Part shown: positions 15,350 to 28,559 of the stretch, piece after piece
How the letters are laid out: every line of letters begins with the position of its first letter
Numbering within the stretch: position 1 is the first letter of the stretch
From: Octopus vulgaris
Lineage: Eukaryota
Reading direction: 5' to 3'
Assembly (NCBI GenBank): GCA_951406725.2
Contig: OX597816.1
Location: 91,202,001-91,266,000, forward strand
DNA length: 64,000 nucleotides
Translations under genes and position numbers: made by a program
Notes under the pieces: generated by a model
What the model saw: only the letters and a program-made list of their open reading frames with translations
The model's database searches: none
Told to the model about the DNA's origin: nothing

Positions 15350-17040
15350 GAAACGCATAAAGTCTACAAGGGAATAGCAAGAGATTCAAACTCAGATAGA
15401 AAGGTGGCTATAATTAATTTGGGTCCTCAAAAGCGAAGATAGAAAGTTCGGTGGAAATATGGTTTCAACCGAAAGAGAAGCAAAAACGCATTCATAAATC
15501 CCCTAAAAAATAAGGAACTAGTCCTCAGAAGAGGAAAATTAGGAGCGGTGGATGTTTCAACTGAAATCAACGTCTTCTGGCTGACGGCAACCTTGCCAAA
15601 AACAACTATCCTCGGAGTCTCTTCGAAGTCCAGATGCTGCACCAGAAAAACCAGGACAGTTGGGGAAATGAAGGTTCTGGTCCAAACAGATCAGCAGAAC
15701 CTGGAATTCGTTCCCAACCTAATCAACTGACTAAATTGTACAATTGTTCACAGTGATAGAGGCTAGAAGAGTCAGGTGCCATATATGTGGTGGAGACGAC
15801 CATCTAAGAGCTTTCTGCTTGCAACAGCCAAGAAAAGAAGTACGGCTGCCAACACTCCCACTCAAAAACAGTATCATCAAAGATAGACGTAGGAACAACA
15901 AAAACAGCAGCAACAAGGAAGGCGGCCGTTGATAACAAAACAATAGTGATATTAGCAGCTGCAGCAAAAACAAAATCAGCAGCAACGCCAGTAGTGACAA
16001 AAACAAGAACAACTGCGGCTATCACAGCAATAACAACAGTAACCAACAGCGGCAGGAACAACAATAGCAACAGACACCGACAATATCACCAAATCACACA
16101 AGACTCAATGATAACAAAAAAAAAAAAAGAGCAAATCGACAAAACCGAACAAGATAAATTTTTCTTTCCCTCTGATCTCTCAGGAAGCCGTCGCGAGAAG
16201 AAAGGGAAAAGGTCAGATCAGTCAACACAGAAAGCCGGGAGGTGTGAGAAGGAAGCAGAGTTTCCTATATACATCAACATACCTCAGCATTGACACTATG
16301 AAAAACACAAACCAACAGCATCCCAAACAACAGTACCAATAGCATCCTTAAAAAAAATCACAAACTTCACAGCTATAAGCAAAAGCAGCGACGTAATAGG
16401 CTACATAAATCAATAAACGACAAGCCCTTCGTAACTCAGTGTCACAATATTTTACCTACACATTCATCAGAGAAACTATTCAAGAGATTTCTAGTGATTT
16501 TAAAACTAAATTTTCCGAAATATAGTAAATAAAGACAGCAAAAATAGTTGATTGAGATACTCCCTCAGTTAGCACCTAACCGGGAAACTAGATCACCCAT
16601 CCTTCCACAGAAACAAGGTAAGTAACCTCTCCCCTCTTCAACTTTCACCTTTCTGGCCTTTACTCAGAATAGCTTGCATAAAGCTACGTAACCTGGGGGC
16701 GCCTTGGAATAAAAGTCATTAACTCAACCATCTCAGGCTGCTGATAGAAATGTAGCTTGTTATCTGTGAGGATAGAATTTCCGGGAAACACACTTTTGCG
16801 CCTAACTTCGACGACTACAAGATGAATGAATATCTAAGTCAAACTGGATCGAGAATCTGAGTAGCAGTGTTGTTCCAGAGAGATCTGCATTTCAAAATAC
16901 ATCTTCCTGGAGTCAAAAAGTAATTCGATGGTAATGGTGGATATAGGCGTGAACGGGGAAGAAGGCCATAATTTCAGTCTAGTAGTCGTTTATGTCGCAA
17001 AAGGAGCAGAAAAATAGTTGGCCACATCACTAACACCGCT
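15350..17040 (+). mobile_element. Tx1/L1-like LINE 5' relic (ORF1 with CCHC zinc knuckle; probable decayed ORF2 start)
   Basis: RVRCHICGGDDHLRAFC fits CX2CX4HX4C, followed by a low-complexity T/A/N-rich tract; many stops. Boundaries approximate. Confidence 0.6.
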
Positions 17041-17545
17041 TGCAGTTCTGAGATTAAATTCTGATTTTATCAACTTTACCTTTCGTCCTTTCGGTAGTCG
17101 ATAAAATGAAGTACTCAAGTGCCGGAACTGATGGTATCAGCTAACCACGACCTTCCTAATTTCACTCTTTCAGCTCATGTTAGAAATTATTATTCTGCGT
17201 GCCTCGTTAGTAGAGTCGTTAGATCACTGTTGAAAAATATTTTGCAGTATTTTTCTTGGTTTTTAATGTTCTGATTTCAAATCCTGTTGAGCTTAACTTT
17301 GCCTTTCATACTTCCAGGGTTGATAGAATGTACCAGTCAGTTATTGGATCAATGATATCGGCTAACCCCTTCCTTCAGAGTTACTGACCTTGTGCTTATT
17401 CCGTCTCGATCGAGTTTACTTTTCATCCTTTCAGGGTCGATAGCATAAGTTCCAGTTGAGCACAGGAGTCAATGTCATCGGGTATCTCCTTTCCACAAAT
17501 TTCAGGCCTTGTGCCAATAATGGATAGAATTATGATTATTATTTT
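17040..17545 (+). mobile_element. Cluster of about three degenerate SINE copies
   Basis: Repeated actttgcctttcatcctt..gggtcgata..aagtacc core near 17073, 17296 and 17414. Confidence 0.75.
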
Positions 17546-17852
17546 AATTACTATTGGAGTTTGTCTTGCCGTCACTGATGCTATTTTAGTGTTTCCTCTG
17601 TTGTGTAAAGTATGTGCAGTGAGTCCTCTGTTATTTTGCTGGTTGATGAATAGATTAGTGCTATCTGCTTCAGTGTCAGACGGTGATTGTGTATACTTTG
17701 CGGTGTGTGGTTTGTGTTGCATTAATGGTTTGCAGCTGTGTGGAATGGGAGTTGTGTTAGTTAATGGTATAATAGTGTCGGGTAACGGTTATGTGTGTGT
17801 GGTGATATTTTGTAGGTGCTGATTGTATATAGTATGAGTTGTGAGTAGTCTT

Positions 17853-17877
17853 TATATATATGTATATATATATATAC

Positions 17878-17936
<59 letters not shown>

Positions 17937-18002
17937 ACTGTTATTATTATTATTATTATTATTATTGTTGTTGTTGTTGTTATTGTTATTATTATTATTA
18001 TT

Positions 18003-18069
<67 letters not shown>
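17853..18069. repeat. (TA)n-(TTA/TTG)n-(TA)n microsatellite
   Basis: Directly visible. Confidence 0.97.
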
Positions 18070-18079
<10 letters not shown>

Positions 18080-20231
18080 AAATACTCACGGGCGCATTTG
18101 CATCAAATGGGGAGTGGCAAAATAGCATAGAGAGGGCAAGTATAGTAGTGCGATAAGGAGCTCCTTTCCCCTATGTCTCACTGAACTTCTTAGCTCTTCG
18201 CATAATAAATGAAAAATTAAAAGAAGACTAAACAGCTATTTCTGGCAAAGTCAGTGGAAAATAGTGAGGAGAGATGTACAGATTAGGCCGAGTCTGTGAA
18301 TGACTTTATGTAAATCAGTATGAAGTATAAAAAGGAGTCTCCCCTATAACGGAAAAAAAACGGATGGTTAAATCCAAGTATGTCTGATTGATAATTAAGG
18401 TCCTGCAATCTTGTTTTGAGGTCTTTTTAAAATTAATATGCTAATACTGTTTTGCAATACAGCCCATATTAACTTCAAGGAATACAGCCTACATTACTCT
18501 GAACGATTCCTTCATACCAACTTTTAAATGCACCCTCTTTGGTAAAGAATGGTAAAAGGAGAATCTACTGCTGTTGGCACCGTCACTATTCTCACCTACT
18601 GATACTTAAATAATAATGGTAACATTAACATTCCTTTACTGTAAATGAATATTCAATATTTCATCAGCAAAAATGCCATTACGCCTTCAGCTTAAATTAT
18701 GAGAATTTCTAATCGGAAAGTAAATTCGAAGTTTATCTTCTGAATAATAAGAAAATATAAATTTCAAATGAAATAGTTTTATGAGGATGTATTATCGTTT
18801 TTTTGTTTTGTTTTGTTTTTTTTCATGGGGAAGACATCGTGGCTCATTTAGCTTACTAGAAATCAAAGCTAAATCTCCCTCCATTCATGCTAAAATTCTA
18901 TCAAGTCTAGCTTATGTGGATTTTTAGCTACTACTAGCTAGACTCACTTTGAAATTTTTAAAGGTTTTTAGATATAGTTGTATTAGTTATATCTTACACA
19001 TATTATATCACCCACTTGTATTGATTGACAATATAAACAATACTGTCACTTTTCAACTCAGCTTATAGTTCTATTGCTGCACGTATGCATGAAGCCTCTT
19101 CTGTTCCAACTCAGTGATTCGACGATACCACAAATCTGAGTCATCGTTTGTTTTGTCATTTGTTCTTTTTGTTTTTATTTTTTTGTTCATAAAATATTCT
19201 TTCACCAATAACTGTAATTACATTCAATCTTAGCTTCTCACAAGAATTGTACACATCATCCACACGCAATTTCAACAACTCATGCTAGGCCAGAGTTCTT
19301 ATCAACAGAAAATTCCAAATCATCCCGGCATTCCGTAGCACTAAAACACTGAAATTACATACAACTATAAAGTGTAAATATATATACATGATACATATAC
19401 ATATACATTTACACACACGCATACATACACACTCGCACGCACGCATTTTTACTTAGGATATTTGGACAATTTAAGTTATAAAAATTCCTGCATTTGGTTA
19501 TACTGTGTACATAGCTGAACTCACTGAGAGAAAAATTACAGTCGGTTTCTAGTCTTTCATGAGTCTCACTGTTCCTTTTGTAGAGGTACCATCCTGCATA
19601 CTTGAAAGCTATCACATTCTAGATCGCATCTAAGAAAATACGTACACTTCACAGGCCAACTCACGTTGAAAAACATTGACAATTTGTGTCGTTCATCAGC
19701 CTCTTCTGTAGCAACCATAGTGAAATCGTTTGTTATATGCCTTCCCACTGTTGTGCTTATTTTTCTAATTCGTGTCACATGATTCCAAGATTTATCTAAA
19801 TCACATTATCGTTTCTCATATATTTTTTTAAATTATTAATCTGCAACATAAGAAAAAATTTAAATATCTACAGGTCCATACTATTATCATTCTCCCACCA
19901 ATAAAGTGCTGTTTCTTTTAAACTGGTCACAAGTACAGTTGGCTTGTTATATATCACAAAACTATTACTGATAACTAGCAATAGTTTCTACCTTGAGTTG
20001 CAGAATAAAAACGTATTTTATGAGATAATCAACAGCATTAGTATAACATATAATCAATACCCCATCACACATTTAACTATTTCCTATACTTCTATTTTCT
20101 ACACCACCACTTCTACTTTCTAGCCCTCTTTTTCTCTTCATTTTATTTCATTTCTCTTCCGAAAGTGTCAACTTTTATGTTTATCTCAAGCTTTGATTCG
20201 TGTATATCAATATTAAATGAACACGCTATTA

Positions 20232-21295
20232 AGGTGTCCGGTCAATTCGTCGGCAGCAATTTGTCGTTGTTTAATTACTCCCTAGTCAATTCGTCCCCAA
20301 GTCAATTTGTCGTCAGTCAATTCGTCGTCAATCAATTTGTCGAGATCATGGGAAAAATGGAAGAACGAATATCTTAATTAAAGAACTTTTATTTTAAAGC
20401 TTGCTGTATTACATATTTATTTATTCTTAAAATTTTAAATAGTGTGCAATTGCTTTTATAAAAATGATTTTTTTTTTTTTTTTGCTAGAATCATATTTTT
20501 CTGTGACATTTTTTATATGCAGGTTCATATCTCTGTATTTTTTTCTTTTGACTTGGTTCTTCTTGCATAAACTTCTGCAATTTGGTACTGGCAAACCTCT
20601 CCTTACATTTAACCACAACAATAAGTCTGCAAATATTTGGATGACTAATATTCACTGTGTTTTTCTGCGTGCTGAAGTGGTCCTATATAATTATTTTCAA
20701 AATAGGATACAAATGACTGTGGAATATCATGCATCATCTACAAGTTGTTCATATCAATCTAAAATATCATCAACCTGCAGGAAGGCAAGGGCAACAAAAC
20801 ACTGCATTTTTAGACTAAAACTGTCATCTTTGTAACATCTGCATTTTAATCTTTCTTGCACAACATGCTTACCAAATTCAACCCAGGAAATGATTCTAGA
20901 AATCCGTTATGAGCTGCTTTTATGAAATCCATAATTATATTATCAAGTCTCTCATTCTATAGTAATTCATTTATTTTGGCAAAATGTCTACTATATGTTT
21001 CTTGACTTTTGTCAGAGAGCAATGCGGACAATTGTGGGCCATTAAAATTATTAATTTGAATGGGAAGTAAATATAACTGAAAAAATATAGTAGAGCAGCA
21101 CGATTTTCGCACCTCCAAATTATCTTCGATTCATCTGCATTCGGCTTATTTTTTTGTGTATATATAATTTTTTTGATCAACCACTTTGATTTTTCTTTTC
21201 TCTTAAGTTATGATCTTGCTGGTTGTCATATTGATGGGTAGGCGTATTGAATAAACTTAATTCGATTTGCTTGAAAATCTTTGTTTGTAAACTGT

Positions 21296-21327
<32 letters not shown>

Positions 21328-21579
21328 AGAGAGAGAGAGGAGAGAAAGAGAAGAGAGAGAGGGAGGTTAAAGAAAGGAAAAAATATCTAAAACTGTCCAA
21401 CGACAATTTTAATTCTAAAGTGATTGTTCTAAACTTTTCGTCGAAAATCATATTTAAGAATATTTCGGGTCGAAATAGCCAGCGACGAATTGACCTGGGG
21501 ATGAATTGATCAACGACGAATTAACTAGGGACAAATTAACCGACAATAAAATCATCGGGGAGGAATTGTCCTAGCACCC
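20232..21579 (-). mobile_element. Mutator-like (FLYWCH-MULE, Phantom-type) transposon relic with repeat-built terminal inverted repeats
   Basis: Left end has gtcaattcgtc repeats and right end has gacgaattgac repeats (about 15-bp period); minus-strand SKIIWRCENR, IIMDFIKAAHNGFLESFPG, FVALAFLQVDDI, YFENNYIG. Confidence 0.8.
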
Positions 21580-22083
21580 TAATTAACGCGTATTCTTATC
21601 AATCACGCTAATAATTCCTTCCCCATGTTTTTTTAGAGAGAGGGTAACAACTTTACACCACTAAACAAAAATTTCATCTAAAACTAGTAAATATCATATC
21701 ATATTGGAGGTGGGAATAAAACAGTATCAGAAAGGAAATAAAACGGAAGCCTATTCATATACGTAAATGATATATTTATTATCTTTTAGCTGGAATTATT
21801 TTATTTAAAATTATGAAGAAAGGATATATATTCCGGCAGTATCCTTGAAGTTTTCTTTTTCTTAATTATTAATAAAAAGATAAACAATATCCATATACTT
21901 TTCATATTCTTCCAGACTAGCGAGACGGACAAAGTTGCTCTTAAGTTTAACATCTGTAAATCGATGCTATGAATAAAAAATGTCGACAGAGAGATAATTC
22001 CTGAGATGAGGATTATAGAAGAGAGGCAAGTGTATCGGGTGAGTCGATAAATCGTATGATGTGTAGCTAACTATTTTACGAGT

Positions 22084-22471
22084 GTGGAGGCGCAATGACC
22101 CAGTGGTTATGGCAGCGGACTCGCGGTAGTAGGATCGCGGTTTCGATTCCCAGACCGGGCATTGTGAGTGTTTATTGAGCGAAAACACCTAAAGCTCCAC
22201 GAGGCTCCGGCAGGGGATGGTGGTGATCCCTGCTGTACTCTTTCACCACAACTTTCTCTCACTCTTACTTCCTGTTTCTGTTGTACCTGTATTTCAAAGG
22301 GCCGGCCTTGTCACTCTCTGTGTCACGCTGAATATCCCCGAGAACTACGTTAAGGGTACACGTGTCTGTGGAGTGATCAGCCACTTACACGTTAATTTCA
22401 CGAGCAAGCTGTTCCGTTGATTCGGATCAACCGGAACCCTCGTCGTCGTAACCGACGGGGTGCTTCCATCC
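22084..22471 (+). mobile_element. Full-length tRNA-derived SINE with 11-bp target-site duplication
   Basis: A box tgacccagtgg and B box gtttcgattcc; TSD attttacgagt (22073-22083) and attttacaagt (22472-22482). Confidence 0.9.
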
Positions 22472-24858
22472 ATTTTACAAGTACAGAGACCATTGTAAAA
22501 GCTTTTGAACAGAGAGCATATAGTAGTGCAAGTTCTGGAATCCAGAAGTTGTAGTATGTTGAGGATTATATTTTGGCAATCAAACGAATATCCTGTTCGA
22601 TATTATCCAGGATGTGTTTGTGTAGCAGATAGAGCACAATCCTAAGTATTAGTAAAATTTCAATATGTGTTTTTATAGAGAGATGACAATTGATCAGAGA
22701 CAAAGTATTTTCTGGCTCTTAAAATGGAGTCTAGATTGGGGGATTCAGACAATGTGTAACGTCACCAAAAGAGAAATGAATAGTTTTATATGTGTATACA
22801 GCTTTTGTAACGATTATGGAGACTTTAGGAACGTGTTGTTCATTTATAGGAAATATATTGCAAGATTGTAACTGTGATATGTATAGCGATTGTATCGTTT
22901 TTTTTTTGTCTGTTGAAGTAGTTTAATTTTTCATGTTTCGGTGTTTTCGATATTATCTTATTTTTTGGCATGATGTATAATTTATATTGCATGGGAATAG
23001 CGTCTGTCTTTAGAAGATTAAGAACAAATAAATCGCAGAGTCACCTGGATAGAAATAACTGGAGGAAGTGGTTGAACGGAAGAGTGTAGCAAATATAACC
23101 GAACCTTGAAGAACATCAGAGTTGATATAATATTGGCCTGAAGGCGCTGGCAATACACACAGCAACGGAGTTATCTTATAAAAAACATTTAATTAAAAAA
23201 AGATGAGACAAAGAAAAACACCATCTGGTCTATTTAAATGAGACTGAGAATTTAATATTTTGCATATTCTTTAGGATAGTCTTTGGCAGAAATCTGAGGC
23301 ATGCAAACAAAATAATGATTTAACGAGGTAGTGTCTTTGCAATCACTCATCCTGCAAAAAATAACAGCCATAAACATTCCCGTCTTAAAAGAAATTAGAT
23401 AGTTTAGTCATTCATAACGTCTAAAACGACTGTATAGTCAGGATTCGAGCCGTTCTATTGATGTAATAAAATAAATACTAATCCAGTACTGGAGTTGGCT
23501 CAATTGAGTATAACCTGCCGACAAAATTTGTGGCTTTATACTTTAACATTTTGTATAACTCTAAAAGTAGGATGGATTTGATGGTGACAGTACAAGGTGA
23601 GACACAGTGTTTTTCTGTGATAAGTTAGAAACTATAAAATGCTGAGCAGTTTAAACGTTGACTGATCAGTCAATTGTTTGCTCAATTAAAGACAGGGTTC
23701 TTTAATTCAATTGTGTTCTTCCCTACAAAAAAGATAAAAGAAACCTGTTGTAATTTTTGTGTATTTTTTGGAAATCTAGTTGTATCTCTGTGCAAACAGG
23801 ATATGCACAAGTTCTAAACTGACCATTTTTGTTGTGTTCTTAATACCAGATGACTGCTGAAAATTAAAATTTGAAAAAAATAAATAATAAATAAATAAAT
23901 AAACCATCGTTCTGATAAATATTCTATCGGTTTCTTCAAAACTTTTAAAACTTTGTGTAACAATAATTAAATGAAATTATTTGGTTCTATGTCTACTAAA
24001 TCTATTGATGTCGATAGGAGATAGAATTTAATAATATTTCATACAAAAGAAAATGAATTGCAAAAATACACCACGGAGAAGAGAGAAAAGGCAAAAGGAG
24101 GAAAAAGTCAAAGGAAACTCAGCATGTCAGTATGGTTTGAAAAATTAATAAAATATTTCTACAGGAGGTTGCGTGAGTGTTATCTAACATATACCATATG
24201 ACTAAGTTTAAAACTACATTTCATTAATAGATTTATACAACATAGAATACCATTGCATGATTAAACCATAATACTGTTCTCATCAGTGTCTCGATCTCAA
24301 TATGTGGTCTTGCTATTTTCTGTAGATAAAAGACGGGGACTTGTGTGACGGCTGACCATAGCACATCAGGAAGACTTGATGAAATGCAATGAGAAATGCA
24401 GAAAATAAACATCTGTAATGAAACAACAGCTGCAATAATAAATGGTAAAAATAATAAACATAGTTCATGAGAAGTGTGGATTTGTGTGAATGCACTTGAT
24501 ATTAGACCAGGAGATTACTGTTTATCTATGGATTCATTCAGTGATCAACACAGAAATATATAAATAGAGATTCTTATTAATAGAAATCACAGTAATATTA
24601 ACAAAATATACAACATTCATGTACTAATTTAGCTACATACGCACGCACGCACATACACACACAAACACACATGTAAGTATGCATTGTTTGTACATATTTG
24701 TCTCCAATTGTGTAAACGTCTGTATTAATGAGTGACAGAGACAAAATGTGCATATGCATATGCCACACACACACACCATGTACATACACATAGGCATACA
24801 TACATGTATATAAAGGCACGTATATCTGTTCATATATGTATGTTTGAATGTATGTGTG

Positions 24859-24904
<46 letters not shown>

Positions 24905-24907
<3 letters not shown>

Positions 24908-25290
24908 CCCTTAATGTTGGTTTCTTTGTCCTGTTTTTATTCTTTATGTGTACTGTATTTTTTTGTATTTGTATTTTTATTTGTAATTGTATTTTATTTG
25001 TATTGCTTTTACGTCCTGTTCTTCTCACATTTTTTTCTTTCCTTGTTTTTACCCCTCTGCAAAGGAATTTTATTTAATTCCTCTGCAGGAAGGACTGGAT
25101 CGACGGGTCGTGTTCTGTCCTTACCTTCGAAACACGCATTGAGTCGATCCAGGGACAGCTAATGAAGGGGAATATTCCTTGTATTGTTTGTCTTGTACTC
25201 TGTTTTTTCGTTGTTAAAAAAAGTCCGTTTCCTAGTTGTTTTTGTTTTCGTGTCTCGTGTTCTACGTTTATTTGAGGCGTCCTGTACTCA
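24905..25290 (+). repeat. Unclassified T-rich element embedded in (TA)n, carrying a permuted hammerhead-like motif
   Basis: Bounded by (TA)n on both sides; structured core at 25057-25170; architecture shared with 49590-49960. Confidence 0.55.
25095..25170 (+). ncRNA. Candidate non-circularly permuted hammerhead ribozyme (G5A core variant)
   Basis: CGUG-UU-CUGUCC, then CCUUC-GAAA-CACG, then GGACAG-CUAAUGA-AGGGG; extra 10-bp helix CUGGAUCGAC/GUCGAUCCAG. Confidence 0.6.
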
Positions 25291-25434
25291 TATATATATA
25301 TATATGCATGTATATATACATGTAGATGTAAGTACGTACATATATGTATGTATGTATGCATATATTTTATTTATTACATTATTGTATGACTGAGCGCCAT
25401 CGCATCGTTTCGTTTCTTTTCTTTTCTCCAAGTA

Positions 25435-25498
<64 letters not shown>

Positions 25499-25657
25499 GG
25501 ATGAGTGGACAAACGAAATAAAAAGGCCCTCAACATATTTCGTTGGAGTTATTGCTTAAAACAGTTTGATTCAGTTCCTTATGGGTTTCTGTAAGGAGCC
25601 CAAAGCACTTCATGTTGCATGAGGCCGAATCAAACTGTTTTAAATAACAACAACAAC

Positions 25658-25692
<35 letters not shown>

Positions 25693-25697
25693 TAATA

Positions 25698-25922
25698 GAC
25701 TATGTGGAACAAAATCCTGGGCTTCGTTAAAAATGGAACAATTAAAAAAACCAAACAGAGAACCTAATTGTAGCAGCCTTTGGTCAAGCGATAAAAAACA
25801 ACTTGAGAAAAATATATATGAATAGAATGTCAGAAATATGTAAAGCCTCTGGAACTTGGAACGAAACAGTGGCACAGACAGTGACAGAATACCCCAAGTT
25901 GGCACATGAAGAATATAAGAAA
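25698..25922 (+). mobile_element. R4/Dong-like LINE fragment following (AAT)n
   Basis: NETVAQTVTE..KLAHEEYKK resembles the RLE zinc-knuckle region ETVSHIVSECPKLAQKEYK. Confidence 0.6.
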
Positions 25923-26445
25923 TTCAGGGACCTTTTGAGCGGGATGGGCTACTCAATCTGAAGAGAATTCTAAGTGGGGCCCACCAGAAAGATCATGCAC
26001 TGTTTATCTTGATATGAGATCACCTTGTCACGCACATATGGTTGTGATGCATGTGCCTGGTACGCCCTTATCAGACAGGTAGTCATGATGGGTACACTGG
26101 GCTTCGTATATTTTACACCAGTGTTACATTGATGGCATGCGGAAAATATATAAAAGATGGACTACAGCAAATATTCTGCTCAATACCACAGATTTACTTG
26201 TCAGTTGTTTGACCATACGAGTTGAGTACGTCCCTTAGTGGTTGCATGGTCAGAAGTAGTGGGGGAGAGCATCATAGTCATGTGTTGAGAGGAATTCTTC
26301 GGGGTTTGGATAATACACCTCTGGAAACATAGGTGTTTTGTTCAACATCCTTAAACAACCCTTATTCAGGGACCTTTTGAGCGGGATAAACTACTCAACC
26401 TGAAGAAAATTCTAACTGAGCTCCACCTGCAAGGGTCATGCGCTG
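25923..26445. repeat. Unclassified repeat with an about 85-bp internal direct duplication
   Basis: ttcagggaccttttgagcgggat...ctactcaa.ctgaaga.aattctaa...ccacc occurs at 25923 and again at 26365. Confidence 0.6.
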
Positions 26446-26449
26446 TTAA

Positions 26450-27517
26450 ACAGATTCGTCAATACTGTCTGTAAGACTCTTCAGCAAAGATATAGGCATG
26501 GAATTTGGCATAGATAAGTGAGCAATATTAGTCATGAGAAGGGGAGAGGTAATCAACAGCGAAGGCATCCAATTACCAGATGGCCAAACATTAAAATCAT
26601 TGGCAGGAGGAAAGAGTCATAAGTATTTAGGAGTATTAGAATCTGACAGAGCACTAACTAGAGAAATGGAAACGAAAATTGAGAAAGAATACACCAGAAG
26701 GGTGAGGAAGCTAATGAATGGTCTGAATCCAGTTAAGGCTCTAAATACTTCGGCAGTATCATTACTTAGATACTTATCAGCTTTTGTAGATTGGACAAAA
26801 ACTGAATTAGCAAAGCTAGACAGAAGGAATTCAATATGAATGGAGAACTCCACCCAAGGACAGGAGTAGGAAGATTATTCCTATCTAGAAAGGAAAGTGG
26901 AAGGGGGTTACTATCAGTGGAAGACTGCGTGGAGTTAGCTAGAGTAGATACGGACTCCTATATCGGTAATAGTGAAGAAAGTTTATTAAAAGCTGCTAGA
27001 GTCACAGTAAGACATAGGGAAACCAAAGCACCAAAACGAAGTTAAAAAACAGAAAAAGAACAGAAATTATCTGACTGACAGGAGAAGGTGTTGCATGGTA
27101 GATAGTTTCAGCAAATAGTAGTAGTGAGACATTGTTATGGCTGCAAAAAGGAAAGCTGCAAAGGGAGACAGAAAGTTTGTTAGTGGCTGCATAAGATTAA
27201 GCATTAAGGGCTAATCGGATAAAAGCCAAAAATAGACAAAAACCAAGTAGATTCCCAATGTATATTATGCAACTCAAAAGAGGAAAGCATTACTCATATA
27301 GTTACTCATATAGTGCTGGTACAGAAAGAATACAAGAAAAGACATGACAATTTAGGCAGAACAATCCACTGGGAGCTTTGTAGAAAGCTAGGATTTGAAC
27401 ATACTGATAAATGGTATGAACGTGAAGCTGGTAAAGTACTAGAAAGTAAGAAGTACAAGATGTTGTGGGACTTGAACATTCAGACTGAGAGAATAATAGA
27501 AGCTAGAAGGCCTGATT

Positions 27518-27553
<36 letters not shown>

Positions 27554-27916
27554 ATAAAGACAGTAGAAAGTATCAGATAATTACTTCACACTCCCAAATG
27601 ATGAAAAAATTAATATGAGAAATATAGAAAAATAACAAAGTACCAGGACCTAGCTATTGAATTACAGAGACAATGGAAAGTGCAGGTAAAATGTATCCCA
27701 GTAGCTATAGGTGCATTGGGAACTATCCCCGAAAATCTAAGCAGGCAGATAGAGGAAATGTGCACAAAACCCAATTTAGTACAGCTGCAGAAAACTGTTA
27801 TTAGGGACAGCTAGGATACATAGGAGGGTTCTTGGCATCTAAGACAACTTGTAGCCCGATGTTAGGATTCCTTTCTTTTCCAACAGTCTAATCGGCTGAG
27901 TGTATATGAATAATAA
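26450..27916 (+). mobile_element. R4/Dong-like RLE LINE, 3' half with 3' UTR and taa tail
   Basis: FSKDIGMEFGIDK, KYLGVLE, SGRGLLSVEDCV, YKKRHDNLGRTIHWELC, ARRPDL, KYQDLAIELQRQWK..IPVAIGALGTIP; ends gaataataa. Confidence 0.92.
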
Positions 27917-28006
27917 CATGTGCACATACACATACATAATATAATATAATATAATATAATATAATATAATATAATATATATAATATATACATATATAACG
28001 TGTGTG

Positions 28007-28040
<34 letters not shown>

Positions 28041-28122
28041 CTCACACACATATGCATACATGCATGCTGTATATACGTGTGTGTGTATATATATATACAT
28101 ACACATATACACACACACACAC

Positions 28123-28185
<63 letters not shown>

Positions 28186-28559
28186 TATACACATACACAT
28201 TCATATCCACACGATAATGATAGCTCCGTCGTCGGTTTTGATGGTGAACATTCAGTTATCCGATCATATGTACTACATACTCGTTATATTAACGTGTAAA
28301 TTGTTGAGTATCCTGAAGACGTATTTCTTTAGTAGAACTCTAGTGCTGAATCAATATTACTACAGTATAGGTGACCAAGCTGGACCAACGAATTATAGAT
28401 ACAATCCAGCCAACGGGCTTCTACACAGTTTCCATTTACCTCATTTCAACCCAAAGGTTTCGGCCTACATGAAGCTATGGTAAGAGTTACTTTTCCAGGA
28501 TGTCATCGAGACCGTCACAGCATAATTTTTCAAGGTAATTTAGCTGTCGCCTTTTCTTG

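Noticed and set aside
19050-19840. Unique sequence with minus-strand acceptor-like sites near 19350 and 19840
   Set aside because: Early stop codons and no recognisable protein; could be UTR or lncRNA exons, but this cannot be supported without RNA data.
22084-22160. tRNA-like sequence
   Set aside because: It is the head of a SINE with a body and TSD, not a tRNA gene.
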